Positions 1 through 9,966 are shown, numbered from the stretch's first letter. The stretch: 39,724 bases of DNA from an uncultured Gammaproteobacteria bacterium (GCA_964551925.1 CAZKFA010000004.1:22881-62604); one strand, 5' to 3'. The notes: generated from the letters alone by a model not told the origin. A program made the numbers and translations.

Positions 1-1740
1 GAGCAAGTCCCGGCAGCTACGCCAACACCGCTTGAGCCAAGTGCAGCTGATGCTAAGCCTTATGACACAATACCAGTCAAACCAGAAACAACTCCGGCGC
101 CATTAGCAAAACCAAAAATACCAACTTACGATGAGGATGTTCCAAGTGAGATCTCACCGACTAAAATCAAACCAGATGCAACAACGAAGCCTATCAATTC
201 AGGTGAAGATCCTTTTACTGATCCTCTACCTATAACGCCAAACACTACATCAGTATCAAATGACACCATTGATTTACCTAGTTACGCAGACGAATCTATT
301 GATATGCTTGGTAAGCTACTCACTGTCAATATAGGTGGTAGTAAATTTAAACTAGAAATCAATGAAAATAGCTTCCCAGGATCTTTTCATGCAATGCAAG
401 CTCAAGTTCCAGGTGAAGCTGAACCACGAACTTTAATGTTTAATATTTATAACGGCCCACTAGATGAAGAGACGTTAGCAATTCTTGAATCTGCTAGTAA
501 CATCAAAGTACACAAAAACGGCCATAACTATCTAGTAGAAATCGGTTTAGCTGATATTGACGAAGCCCCAAAAGCAGAAGCCACCGAAGCAACATCTGCT
601 CCAATGGCAACGACTCCAGAAGCAGAAAGCAAGTCAACAACAGTCACCGAGCCGATAGCAGCGCCTGAAGCACAAGCAGCTGAATCAGCAATCACAAATC
701 CAAAGGCAGATCCAATCACAGAACCTATTGAAACAACGGCTACAAAACTTGCTGAAACAACGACACCAGTACAAGCAACAATACCAGTAACAAATAAGCC
801 CGCAGTAACTGAACAAACTACTCCTGGCTTCCAGCTTGCCAGTCCAGCATTTCTAGCTACTCATAAAGCAGAATTAGATTACCTAGTAACCAGATTACCA
901 GGTACTAAAGTAGAGACTCTTCTTAAAACCAGGAAGCGTGATCTCTATCAACTCACCAACGCTGATGGCTCTCAGCAATTGGTGTTTATGAATAAACAAA
1001 GAGTTCCCGTAGATTCTTGGGGAAACGAGATAAAAGAGGTTAGTTGGAATCTAAGCTACAAAGATAAATATACAGCATTAACAGTGAGCACAGATTCATT
1101 AACTCCTATACCAGAGCCTCAACAAAAACAAATCATCAATTTTCACAAAAATTTAGATGATTTAGGATACTGGAAGCCAGGTAGTGCGACCGCTAAGCAT
1201 AACCCGATCAACCCAAGTCATTCACAGGATTTGAAGACTGGGACCAATCCTGTCAGCCTAACACCAGAGCAAATTAAAGCTATCAAAGAAGAATATCCTA
1301 CTCTAGAGCATGACGCCACTAAAGGTTACTTCACTAAAAAAAATCCTAAAGATTCAACTATATGCTTGTACTCTGCTCATCCTGACGATACTGACACTAA
1401 GCTCAGGGGCATGTTAATAGCCTACGATAAGCAAGGGCAAGTCTTAAATATTAATTCAGAGATTCGCAATCGAGTAAAAAGAATCGGAGCGAAAGGAGCT
1501 GCTTTATTAAGTACACAGACCGAACAAGCTGAATTAATTAAATTAACAAGAGAGATGTGTGTATTAATTAATAGTGGATTACAAAAAAGTTTCCAAAGTA
1601 ATTACAAACCAATAACTCAAGATCCTTTCACTCAGAAAAAAGACTACGCAAGAATCATTACACTATTAGACAAAGCAGATCCAAGCGGACAATTATCAAA
1701 AGATCTTGAACACGCAGTTGATACTTTCCTGAAATTCTAA
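1..1740 (+). CDS. 5'-partial hypothetical protein with Pro/Thr/Ala/Glu-rich linkers
   Basis: Frame +1 is open from base 1 (EQVPAATPTPLEP...) through the ATG at 304 to TAA at 1738-1740, so the true start probably lies upstream of the window. No family recognised. Confidence 0.75.
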   Translation, partial: EQVPAATPTPLEPSAADAKPYDTIPVKPETTPAPLAKPKIPTYDEDVPSEISPTKIKPDATTKPINSGEDPFTDPLPITPNTTSVSNDTIDLPSYADESIDMLGKLLTVNIGGSKFKLEINENSFPGSFHAMQAQVPGEAEPRTLMFNIYNGPLDEETLAILESASNIKVHKNGHNYLVEIGLADIDEAPKAEATEATSAPMATTPEAESKSTTVTEPIAAPEAQAAESAITNPKADPITEPIETTATKLAETTTPVQATIPVTNKPAVTEQTTPGFQLASPAFLATHKAELDYLVTRLPGTKVETLLKTRKRDLYQLTNADGSQQLVFMNKQRVPVDSWGNEIKEVSWNLSYKDKYTALTVSTDSLTPIPEPQQKQIINFHKNLDDLGYWKPGSATAKHNPINPSHSQDLKTGTNPVSLTPEQIKAIKEEYPTLEHDATKGYFTKKNPKDSTICLYSAHPDDTDTKLRGMLIAYDKQGQVLNINSEIRNRVKRIGAKGAALLSTQTEQAELIKLTREMCVLINSGLQKSFQSNYKPITQDPFTQKKDYARIITLLDKADPSGQLSKDLEHAVDTFLKF

Positions 1741-1744
1741 AGGT

Positions 1745-2419
1745 TTATTTCTTAGCATCAGCAGCTTTCTTCTCAGCAGCTTTCTCAGCAGCTTCAGCTT
1801 TGGCAGCATCAGCGATAGCCGCGTCTTCCGCACTGAGAGCAGCGCCAATAGGCGCATCAAGAGTAGTATCGATACGCTTCTCTTCAACCTTACAAACCAA
1901 ATCTTCGCCAAGATCTGTAATTTCGATCTTAGCTCTATCGATATTAATATCATCAAAAGTAATCTGATCTTCGAATTCTTTAAGAACAGAAACATCTACC
2001 TCAATATGATCAGGAAGATCACGCGGCAAACATCTAATATGAGCTGATTGGTGCAAGACGACGAAATCCGCTCCTAGCTTGATTGCTGGTGCTACACCAA
2101 CAAACTTAAGAGTAACTTTGGTATCAATCTTAGAACCACTTTTTATTTTGTAGAATTCAATATTCAAAACTTCACGCGTCAAGAAATCACGCTGAATATT
2201 TCTAATAAGAGCTTCATGGTCTTTACCAGCTAACTTAAGATGAAAAATATGATTATAATCATCAAAAGCAACTCTTGAGAAATCTTTTGCTGATACCTGA
2301 ATATTAGTTGGCTCAAAATCTGGACCATACATTGTCGCGGGTATGTAACCACTTCTTCTCAAAGCTCTAGGTTTACTAGCTTGTTCACGTGATTCTATGT
2401 TTAATTCAAGTACTGCCAT
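1745..2419 (-). CDS. rplY: 50S ribosomal protein L25/Ctc (long form)
   Basis: ALRRSGYIPATMYG, IQRDFLTREVLNIEFY, CLPRDLPDHIEVDVS, and an Ala/Glu/Lys-rich tail. ATG at 2419 (MAVLEL) preferred over TTG at 2461. Confidence 0.93.
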   Translation of the reverse strand: MAVLELNIESREQASKPRALRRSGYIPATMYGPDFEPTNIQVSAKDFSRVAFDDYNHIFHLKLAGKDHEALIRNIQRDFLTREVLNIEFYKIKSGSKIDTKVTLKFVGVAPAIKLGADFVVLHQSAHIRCLPRDLPDHIEVDVSVLKEFEDQITFDDINIDRAKIEITDLGEDLVCKVEEKRIDTTLDAPIGAALSAEDAAIADAAKAEAAEKAAEKKAADAKK

Positions 2420-2479
2420 GGTTTCAAAGCACTTATAATAGCATAGCGACCAAAAGAGCAAACCTTTAGTAAAGCTGAA

Positions 2480-2523
2480 ATTAATTTTACAGTGCTTAAT
2501 TATTAATTTTACGGCGCTTAATT
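2480..2523. repeat. Tandem 22-bp direct repeat (2 copies, 20/22 identical)
   Basis: ATTAATTTTACAGTGCTTAATT (2480-2501) and ATTAATTTTACGGCGCTTAATT (2502-2523), between truA and rplY. Confidence 0.85.
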
Positions 2524-3229
2524 AATATCCTACCTTCAGCAAACAAAGTCCCTGAGCAGGGGCAGTATAAGAACCATCAGCACTAGCACCCCGCCCAACA
2601 TTAATCATATCGCCAACAATACGCCGAACCATGTGCCGCAGGAAGTGGTCAGCTTGAATATAATACTTAAAACAGATATCAGATTCCTGAATCAACTCTG
2701 AGCGCAACACATTACAAATCATAGACTTCTCGCCTTCCTTATCTTTTGTATAAGCAGAAAAATCATTAACGCCAAGCATAGTCTTAGCAAAGTCAGCCAT
2801 TAAAGCATAATCAAGAGGTTCTTTCACCCAGAGCAAGCTATCCAAGCGCAAAACTGGCCTATAACGACGATTGAAAATTTTATAGACATAAGTACGAGAC
2901 TTCGCGTCATAACGAGCATGAAATTTATCATCAACCTGAGTGATAGCAGTCGCCGCCAAATCCTCTGGTAAAAAGTTATTCAGGGCAATCAACAACTTGC
3001 CTGGATTATCAAGATCAAGCAAGGAATCAACTTGAAAACTAAGCACCTGTCCAACAGCATGCACACCAGCATCAGTACGACTAGAGAAATTAGTCTCTAT
3101 TGTTTCTTGCTTAAGAAACTCCCTCAAGCCCTTATTTAGCTCACCCTGTACAGTTCTTTGAGCCTCTTGGATTTGTGAGCCAAAAAATTTATCACCGTTA
3201 TACTCAATGACAAGTTTATAATTTGCCAT
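2522..3229 (-). CDS. truA: tRNA pseudouridine(38-40) synthase TruA
   Basis: IEYNGDKFFGSQIQ, SRTDAGVHA (catalytic Asp), FHARYDAKSRTYVY, FLRHMVRRIVG, TAPAQGLCL. Confidence 0.96.
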   Translation of the reverse strand: MANYKLVIEYNGDKFFGSQIQEAQRTVQGELNKGLREFLKQETIETNFSSRTDAGVHAVGQVLSFQVDSLLDLDNPGKLLIALNNFLPEDLAATAITQVDDKFHARYDAKSRTYVYKIFNRRYRPVLRLDSLLWVKEPLDYALMADFAKTMLGVNDFSAYTKDKEGEKSMICNVLRSELIQESDICFKYYIQADHFLRHMVRRIVGDMINVGRGASADGSYTAPAQGLCLLKVGY

Positions 3230-3781
3230 CTACGCGCTCTTAGTTACTACAACAGTAGCTGGGCGCAAGATTCTATCTTGAATTCTAAAACCCTTCTTCA
3301 AAACCTCTACTATAGTGCCTTCTGCGTGTTCGGTGCTAACAATAGAACTTACAGCCTCATGCAATTCTGGATTGTAAATAATATTAGTTGCAATCTCCTC
3401 TAAACCAACTGCTTTGAGGCTTTGGAGTAATTGATCCTGCAACATCTCCAAACTCTTGAGTAGCTCTTGATGATTGGTATTCTCATTGATACTTTTTTTG
3501 GCGAAATCAAAATTATCCAAAGCTGGCAGGATCGCATTAAGCGTATTAGTAGCAGCGTATTTAATTAGATCAACACGCTCACGATTAAATCTATTAAGCA
3601 TATTCTGCTGATCCGCCCAAAGCCGCTTGTATTGATCTTCAAGCTCATCATATTTCTTCTTAAGCCCGTCAAGAGCCTCTGCCTCAGGGGTCACCGCTTT
3701 ATCTTGAGCTTGCCAAGCATCAGGCTCTTGCGCCGCTGCTTGGTGCAAATCATCTATATCAGATTTAGCTTCTTTCGTCAT
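3230..3781 (-). CDS. grpE: Nucleotide exchange factor GrpE
   Basis: N-terminal coiled coil, ILPALDNF, YNPELHEAV, KKGFRIQDRILRPATVVV. Confidence 0.95.
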   Translation of the reverse strand: MTKEAKSDIDDLHQAAAQEPDAWQAQDKAVTPEAEALDGLKKKYDELEDQYKRLWADQQNMLNRFNRERVDLIKYAATNTLNAILPALDNFDFAKKSINENTNHQELLKSLEMLQDQLLQSLKAVGLEEIATNIIYNPELHEAVSSIVSTEHAEGTIVEVLKKGFRIQDRILRPATVVVTKSA

Positions 3782-3840
3782 CTCTAAAATATTATAGTAC
3801 AGGATTAGTTAGTTCTGCTCAAACAAGCTAAAATAATAAT

Positions 3841-4935
3841 ATGTTAGAGCCAACTGGGGTAAATCGCGCTGCTACTGTAAGTCCAATTCAAGCAGGCATT
3901 AGTTCAAGTGGGCCGCAAGCAGCTAGCTCAAAGCCTCCTTTTGATGTTACTCCTTTATTTAAAAGAATAGCCTGTTCTTATTTTCCCACTAGCCATGATT
4001 TAAATAATATCGTTCACGAAACTTCCTACAACAATGGTACTAGAAGACAAGGCAAGGTTAGAGATGTCTATGATCTTAATGATGGTCGCTTATTATTGGT
4101 AAGTTCAGATCGGCTCTCTGCCTTTGATAGATTTGTTACTGACATCCCATACAAAGGTCAAGTGCTAAATAAATTAAGTTCTTATTGGCTTGAACAGACT
4201 CGTGATGTCGTTGATAATCATCTTATCGCGCAATTAGCTCCTAACATTAGCTTAGTACGCAAGACTCAGCCAATACCGCTAGAAGTCGTTGTCAGAGGCA
4301 ATTTGGCGGGTTCTCTATGGCAGGAATATAAAACTGGTACTGCTTCTACATGGCAAGCTGCTGGGGATTTCAAATTGCCAAAAGGTCTTACTGAATTTGC
4401 AGCATTGCCAGAACCAATAGTTACCCCAACCACCAAAGAAGCTGCTGGGCATGATCTACCCATTAGCGGACGAGCCATCGTAGAGCAAAATATTCTCAGC
4501 CAAGAACAATGGGATGAACTCTGTACTAAAGCTAAAGCACTATTTCAGCGCGGACAAGAGATTGCAGCGAAGCGTGGCTTGATATTAGCTGATACCAAAT
4601 ACGAATTTGGATTAGATGCTGAAGGTAAAATATTATTGATCGATGAAATCCACACTCCAGATTCGTCACGCTACTGGCAAGCAGATACTTACGCGGAACG
4701 CATCGCTCAAGGACAGTCACCAGAAAGCTTTGATAAGGATGTACTTAGAAATTTCCTCAGGTCTAAACTCACAAACCCAGGTGATGATCCTTTGCCAGAG
4801 ATCCCTGATGAGCTGAGATTAAAAACAGCCTTAACTTATATGCACGCTTACGAACAAATTACTGGTAACAATTTCACTCCGCGCAAAGATGCCGTGACTC
4901 AAGAAGGTCTCACTAAAGCTTTATCGCGTGTATAG
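3841..4935 (+). CDS. purC: SAICAR synthetase (long form) with N-terminal extension
   Basis: GKVRDVY, SDRLSAFD, IPLEVVVRG, TPTTK, LILADTKYEFG, DEIHTPDSSRYW, SFDKDVLR. Confidence 0.95.
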   Translation: MLEPTGVNRAATVSPIQAGISSSGPQAASSKPPFDVTPLFKRIACSYFPTSHDLNNIVHETSYNNGTRRQGKVRDVYDLNDGRLLLVSSDRLSAFDRFVTDIPYKGQVLNKLSSYWLEQTRDVVDNHLIAQLAPNISLVRKTQPIPLEVVVRGNLAGSLWQEYKTGTASTWQAAGDFKLPKGLTEFAALPEPIVTPTTKEAAGHDLPISGRAIVEQNILSQEQWDELCTKAKALFQRGQEIAAKRGLILADTKYEFGLDAEGKILLIDEIHTPDSSRYWQADTYAERIAQGQSPESFDKDVLRNFLRSKLTNPGDDPLPEIPDELRLKTALTYMHAYEQITGNNFTPRKDAVTQEGLTKALSRV

Positions 4936-5662
4936 GAAACACAGGTCCTTCGGTACAAACCCTATTATAAGAAATGTCAGAGGGATCATTAGATTTGCAG
5001 ACACAAGCGAGACAAGCCCCAACACCACAACCCATGCGCTCTTCAAGTGAGATGTAAGCTTGTGCTGATGAGATTTTGCTCTGCAGAGTTTTAAGCATCG
5101 CCGTTGGTCCACATGAATATAACCAATTATAGTTATCAGGCAAAAGATCGGTAACATAACCTTTGTGTCCATCAGTACCGTCGATTGTACTAATCTTAGT
5201 TTCACCAAGTTCCTTGAATTCTTTTTTGTAGAAAACATCTTTAGCTGAATTAAATCCTAATAGCGAAATAATGTGATGTCCACGAGCTTTTAATTGCCGG
5301 CCCAAATAATACAAGGGTGGCACCCCAATACCACCACCCACCAAAAGCACTCTCTGATTAGCTTCAAGCTTATCAACAGGGAAGCCCTGTCCTAAAGGAG
5401 CTAAAACGTCAAGAGTTTCTCCGGCTTGCATCTGCGTCAAACCTGCAGTACCCTTACCCTGACTGCGATACAAGACTGTCATCACAGAACCTTGAATATC
5501 ACAAATACTCATCGGTCTACGCAAGAAGGCTGTATTACAACGAATATGAATAAACTTACCTGGCTCAAATTCATTAAGATCAAAATTACCTAATAACTCT
5601 AGCTTAAATATTTTGTCGGCTATTTCAGTATTAGATTTGATTTCTAGTAAATGTTTTTGCAA
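4913..5662 (-). CDS. pyrK: Dihydroorotate dehydrogenase electron transfer subunit
   Basis: LRRPMSI, GGGIGVPP, SCGP, and the [2Fe-2S] motif EERMGCGVGACLACVC...VCTEGPVF. TTG start. Confidence 0.95.
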   Translation of the reverse strand: MQKHLLEIKSNTEIADKIFKLELLGNFDLNEFEPGKFIHIRCNTAFLRRPMSICDIQGSVMTVLYRSQGKGTAGLTQMQAGETLDVLAPLGQGFPVDKLEANQRVLLVGGGIGVPPLYYLGRQLKARGHHIISLLGFNSAKDVFYKKEFKELGETKISTIDGTDGHKGYVTDLLPDNYNWLYSCGPTAMLKTLQSKISSAQAYISLEERMGCGVGACLACVCKSNDPSDISYNRVCTEGPVFPIHAIKL

Positions 5663-5680
5663 TTGCTATAATTTTACTAT
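5663..5680. promoter_or_regulatory. Putative bidirectional leaderless promoter (overlapping -10 boxes)
   Basis: + strand TGcTATAAT (5664-5672) lies 8 nt before the ATG at 5681. - strand TAAAAT (5676-5671) lies 8 nt before the TTG at 5662. Confidence 0.65.
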
Positions 5681-6442
5681 ATGGGGTTCAAATTACTCAA
5701 ACCTTTGATTTTCTTTGATATCGAAAGCACCGGCACCAATACCCGTAACGATAGGATTATAGAGCTGAGTACCATTAGAATTAATCTTGATCAAAGTCAA
5801 GAAATTATCACCCAAAGATTCAATCCTGAAATAGAAATTCCAGCAGAAGCGACGGCAATACACGGCATCAGTAATCTTGATATTGCTAATGAAGCTAATT
5901 TTCAGAGCAAGGCTAGTCAAATTGCCGAGTATTTTCAAGATTGCGATTTAGCTGGATACAATATTATTAATTTTGATCTCAGGTTACTGACTGCAGAATT
6001 CTTACGTGCCAATGTCAAGCCGCCTTACGATAGCAACACCAAAGTCATTGACGTTATGCGCATCTATCACAAAATGGAGAAGCGAGATCTTGCTGCCGCC
6101 CTGAGATTCTATTGTGACAAAGAGCTAGAAAACGCTCACCAAGCAGAATCTGACACTCTTGCTGCAATGGAAATATTAGAGAAACAAATTGAACGCTATG
6201 GATTAGAAACTGACATCACCGCCCTAGATAAATTTTGCAAATACGAGAAAGACATTAATGCCCTGGATTTTGCTGGTAAATTTATTCGCGATAAAGATGG
6301 TGATATAATTTTCAACTTCGGCAGCAACAAAGGTAAAAAAGTCAAAGACAATCGTGGCATGCTTGAATGGATGTTACCAAGAGACTTTGAACCGCATACT
6401 AAATTAATTGCCGAAGAAATTCTAGCTGGAAAATTACGGTAA
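5681..6442 (+). CDS. DEDDh (DnaQ-like) 3'-5' exonuclease
   Basis: ExoI FFDIESTG, ExoII GYNIINFD, ExoIII AHQAESD, and a C-terminal FNFGSNKG...LEWML module. Confidence 0.9.
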   Translation: MGFKLLKPLIFFDIESTGTNTRNDRIIELSTIRINLDQSQEIITQRFNPEIEIPAEATAIHGISNLDIANEANFQSKASQIAEYFQDCDLAGYNIINFDLRLLTAEFLRANVKPPYDSNTKVIDVMRIYHKMEKRDLAAALRFYCDKELENAHQAESDTLAAMEILEKQIERYGLETDITALDKFCKYEKDINALDFAGKFIRDKDGDIIFNFGSNKGKKVKDNRGMLEWMLPRDFEPHTKLIAEEILAGKLR

Positions 6443-6449
6443 TAACATT

Positions 6450-7409
6450 TCAGGCAGAATAGTCCAAAGCGCGCTCTAAGACTGCCATACGGATAGCTAC
6501 TCCATTAGCGACTTGTTTATAAATCAAAGATCTAGGGCTCTCTACCAGATCACCATCTATCTCAATACCACGATTAAAAGGTGCTGGATGCATAATGACA
6601 GCATTTGGCTTCATACTAGCGTAACGCCCCTTTGTTAAACCAAAAAGCTCTATATAAGGCTGCTCAAGAGCTTCTGTAAAATTACCAACCCTATGTCTTT
6701 CTTTTTGAACCCTTAACATCATCACCACATCAGCAGCACGTATCGCATCATCAACAGTAGTAACTGTGACATGATCTCCAAATAATGCAGAATCCACTTT
6801 TGGCATCCAATCATCAGGTCCTGCTAGCAGTACTTTAGCTCCGAATTTACCCAAACCAATTATATTAGAATTTGCGACACGACTATGCCTTACATCACCA
6901 ATAATCGCAACAGTTAAACCTTCAATAGAACCAAAATGCTGACGCATAGTTAATAAATCTAACAAGCCTTGAGTCGGATGTTCATTAGCTCCAGCACCAG
7001 CATTAATAACAGCAAGATCCAATTGTGGAGCCAGTTCTTGCAAGATACCTTCCTGCTCAGTACGGATAATAGCAACGGCAATACCCATCGCCTCAAAAGT
7101 CTTCAGTGTGTCATAAAGTGATTCGCCCTTCTGAGTACTAGAAGTTTGTGGATCAAAATTAAGCACATGATAACCAAGCTTAGTAGCCGCAACTTCAAAC
7201 GAGAAGCGAGTTCTAGTGCTAGATTCAAAAAACAAATTACAAATTATAGGATTATCAACAGCCTTAGGAGAATTAAAGATACGAGAGTTAGGATTAGCAG
7301 ACCAATAATCTCCTCTGTCAAGGATTTTGTTAATTTCTTCTTTATTCAGTTCGCTGAGCAGGATTAAATCCTTGCGAAACTTGATCTGGGAACTTAAGAT
7401 AGCTGACAT
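6450..7409 (-). CDS. pyrB: Aspartate carbamoyltransferase catalytic subunit
   Basis: FFESSTRTRFSF, KGESLYDT, EHPTQGLLD, GDVRHSRVA, LRVQKER, MHPAPFNRG. Start at 7409 preferred because AAGGAG lies 5 nt upstream. Confidence 0.96.
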   Translation of the reverse strand: MSAILSSQIKFRKDLILLSELNKEEINKILDRGDYWSANPNSRIFNSPKAVDNPIICNLFFESSTRTRFSFEVAATKLGYHVLNFDPQTSSTQKGESLYDTLKTFEAMGIAVAIIRTEQEGILQELAPQLDLAVINAGAGANEHPTQGLLDLLTMRQHFGSIEGLTVAIIGDVRHSRVANSNIIGLGKFGAKVLLAGPDDWMPKVDSALFGDHVTVTTVDDAIRAADVVMMLRVQKERHRVGNFTEALEQPYIELFGLTKGRYASMKPNAVIMHPAPFNRGIEIDGDLVESPRSLIYKQVANGVAIRMAVLERALDYSA

Positions 7410-8596
7410 CTCTGCTCCTTTTGTATCCAAGCACCACCAATAACTTGTTCTGGGATTTCAACCCCATAAAATACCATAGCCTGTCCTGGAGTGATTGCCG
7501 TAACTGGCTCAATAAAATCAACTATCACTTCTTCCTCGTTAACAACACGCACTGTAGCTAAGCTTGGATCCGAGTTGTAACGAATTTTAACATTGGCTTG
7601 AAATTCTTTTTGTTGGAGATATTGCTCAGCAGTGATACGCAAACCATTCGCTAAAGCTTGCTGCTTTAACAACTTCTCTCTAGTACCAACAAAAACTTTA
7701 TTAGCTTTAGAATCAATATCCACTACATACAAAGGCTCTCTATAAGCAATTCCTAAACCTTTACGCTGGCCATAAGTATAATTAAAACTACCTTGATGTT
7801 GTCCAAGTACGGTGCCAGACTCAATCTCAATAATATCGCCAGGCTTCTTGCCAAGTATCTTAGTTAAATATTCTGAGTTAGTCATACCGTTACTAACAAA
7901 ACAAATATCCTGTGATTCTTCCTTGTCGGCGACACAGAGATTAGCTTTACGGGCAATCTCACGAATCTCATCTTTATTAAAATCTGCAAGTGGATAAACC
8001 GTATGTGCTAGCTGCTCTTGATTAAGCCCCCAGAGCATATAGCTTTGGTCCTTATCGTCTTCTTTAGGTTTAAACAACTGAAAACTCATTCCATCAAAAT
8101 AAATCTTAGCGTAATGTCCAGAAGCAAGATGCGTGGCTCCTAGCTTCTCTAATGAGTACCCAAGCAATGAACCCCACTTAATATCATTGTTACAGCTAAT
8201 ACATGGAATAGGAGTCTCGCCTTGAGCATAAGACTCGTGGAAGTCTCGAATAATCCCATCAGCAAATTCTTTGCGCAAGTCTAAAGCATGATGCTCAACA
8301 CCTAATTGATCACAAACCTTAACAGCATCAGCGACTCCATTATCACAACATCTACCAGAGCCTGAAATAATCCAAGCAGTGATACCACAGACATCATAAC
8401 CAGCCTCTTTGAGCAAGAATAGAGCTACAGAACTATCAACTCCACCACTCATGGCCACAGCTATTTTACTGTGCTTAGGATTAGGCAAAAAATTCGTATA
8501 TGGCTTGATTAGCAGTGTCGAAGCTAAATGCGAATTATGCAAATCAGCATGAGCAGCTGCACCTAGATTAGTTAAATTAATTATTCCTGAGGACAT
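7394..8596 (-). CDS. mnmA: tRNA U34 2-thiouridylase MnmA
   Basis: PP-loop AMSGGVDSS, GRCC, PCISCN, SGHYA, KDQSYML, ESQDICF, YTYGQRKGLG, TPGQ. Exact start uncertain. Confidence 0.96.
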   Translation of the reverse strand: MSSGIINLTNLGAAAHADLHNSHLASTLLIKPYTNFLPNPKHSKIAVAMSGGVDSSVALFLLKEAGYDVCGITAWIISGSGRCCDNGVADAVKVCDQLGVEHHALDLRKEFADGIIRDFHESYAQGETPIPCISCNNDIKWGSLLGYSLEKLGATHLASGHYAKIYFDGMSFQLFKPKEDDKDQSYMLWGLNQEQLAHTVYPLADFNKDEIREIARKANLCVADKEESQDICFVSNGMTNSEYLTKILGKKPGDIIEIESGTVLGQHQGSFNYTYGQRKGLGIAYREPLYVVDIDSKANKVFVGTREKLLKQQALANGLRITAEQYLQQKEFQANVKIRYNSDPSLATVRVVNEEEVIVDFIEPVTAITPGQAMVFYGVEIPEQVIGGAWIQKEQRCQLS

Positions 8597-8718
8597 CAAT
8601 TGATTGAAATAAGCCAGAAAAATTCAAAAGAATCATCTACTTAGTTATAATGATAATACAAAATAATACAATAAATCTAGCTCTTTTTGAATATTTTTAG
8701 GGTCTAAAGCCTTTAGAG

Positions 8719-9966
8719 ATGTCTTTTATAGGTAGATTAAGCTCATTGCAACGATTCACTCAGGGTAGAGATCAAATCACCCAGAGCCAAATTTTGTTTG
8801 CAGAGCACAGTACCAGACTCAATACTGGACAACGATTAATTCATAATTATGACTCAGTAGATGCCGGTAAGAACTTAATTCAGACCACTGGCAAACTTAC
8901 TGAATATAACACCATTACAACCAATCAATCTCAAGCAATTACAGAGCTAGAGCTCTCAGAATCTGCATTAAATAATATCAAAGACATTATAGACCAGATC
9001 AAAACCGATGCCTCACAAGCATCTTCTGGGACTAGCTCTAGTAACGATCTAAAAGTTTTTGGAGAACAGCTAAGAAATTTTGGTGAGAATATTTTTCAAT
9101 TAGCCAATAGTAAAGTTGGCAATAAATTTTTATTTGGCGGGATACAATCTGATCTAAAAGTAATTAGTCATTCAGCAGGAGCAACTTTTGCCAATGCCTC
9201 ATACAAAGAAGGTCAAACAGATCTTGGCGAAAGAAAAGTCGGCGCTATCGAATCAAGTGTAAGTTTACAAGCACTATTTGCTAGTCAAAGCCAAAGCGCA
9301 CAATATGCTGGTTCAAGCTTTATCTCTCCTCTCACCAGTAATGCTGACTTCAACCTAATTGTTAATAATGGTAGTGACAATATCAACATTGGCAATATTG
9401 CTCTCAGCGCTGGAGATGATATAACAACTATTGTAAATAAAATAAACTCTGCTTTCAATGCCGCTGGCGGGCAAGGTTCTATCGTCAGCAATGGCGGAGG
9501 GTTTCTATCTTTCGATACAGCATTAGCTACTAATAGCCTTGACAATGGTAGAGCACAAATCATCATCAGTCCCGGTTCGACTTCTTTAAATAGCCTTGGC
9601 TTAACCGCTTCAACCAGCAAAGGCACTAGCGGCAGCTTGTTTAACACACTTACTAATCTTGAAGCAGCTTACAACTCTGGTGACAACAATGCTGTCAGAA
9701 ATTCTCTTATCGAGGTCGAAGATAATCTCAATAGAATCATAAACACTCAATCCAAATTAGGAGATTTAGTAAATCGCTTCAATGTGGCTATTGAACAAAA
9801 CACTGAAAGAAGTAGTGATTACCAATTAAAGCAAGCTGATATAGCAAGAATCCCTGTGGCTGAGGCAATACAAAAAGTTACTTCAGCACAAGCCGCTCTA
9901 GCAGCCAATATCAAAGCATCTGCTGCAATTATGGGGCAAAATATTTTTGACTTTATTACAATATAA
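8719..9966 (+). CDS. flgL: Flagellar hook-associated protein FlgL-like, paralog 1
   Basis: Flagellin-type N-terminal helices, LANSK...FLFGG (FlgL-type motif), C-terminal ...AALAANIKASAAIMGQNIFDFI, adjacent to flgK. Confidence 0.8.
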   Translation: MSFIGRLSSLQRFTQGRDQITQSQILFAEHSTRLNTGQRLIHNYDSVDAGKNLIQTTGKLTEYNTITTNQSQAITELELSESALNNIKDIIDQIKTDASQASSGTSSSNDLKVFGEQLRNFGENIFQLANSKVGNKFLFGGIQSDLKVISHSAGATFANASYKEGQTDLGERKVGAIESSVSLQALFASQSQSAQYAGSSFISPLTSNADFNLIVNNGSDNINIGNIALSAGDDITTIVNKINSAFNAAGGQGSIVSNGGGFLSFDTALATNSLDNGRAQIIISPGSTSLNSLGLTASTSKGTSGSLFNTLTNLEAAYNSGDNNAVRNSLIEVEDNLNRIINTQSKLGDLVNRFNVAIEQNTERSSDYQLKQADIARIPVAEAIQKVTSAQAALAANIKASAAIMGQNIFDFITI

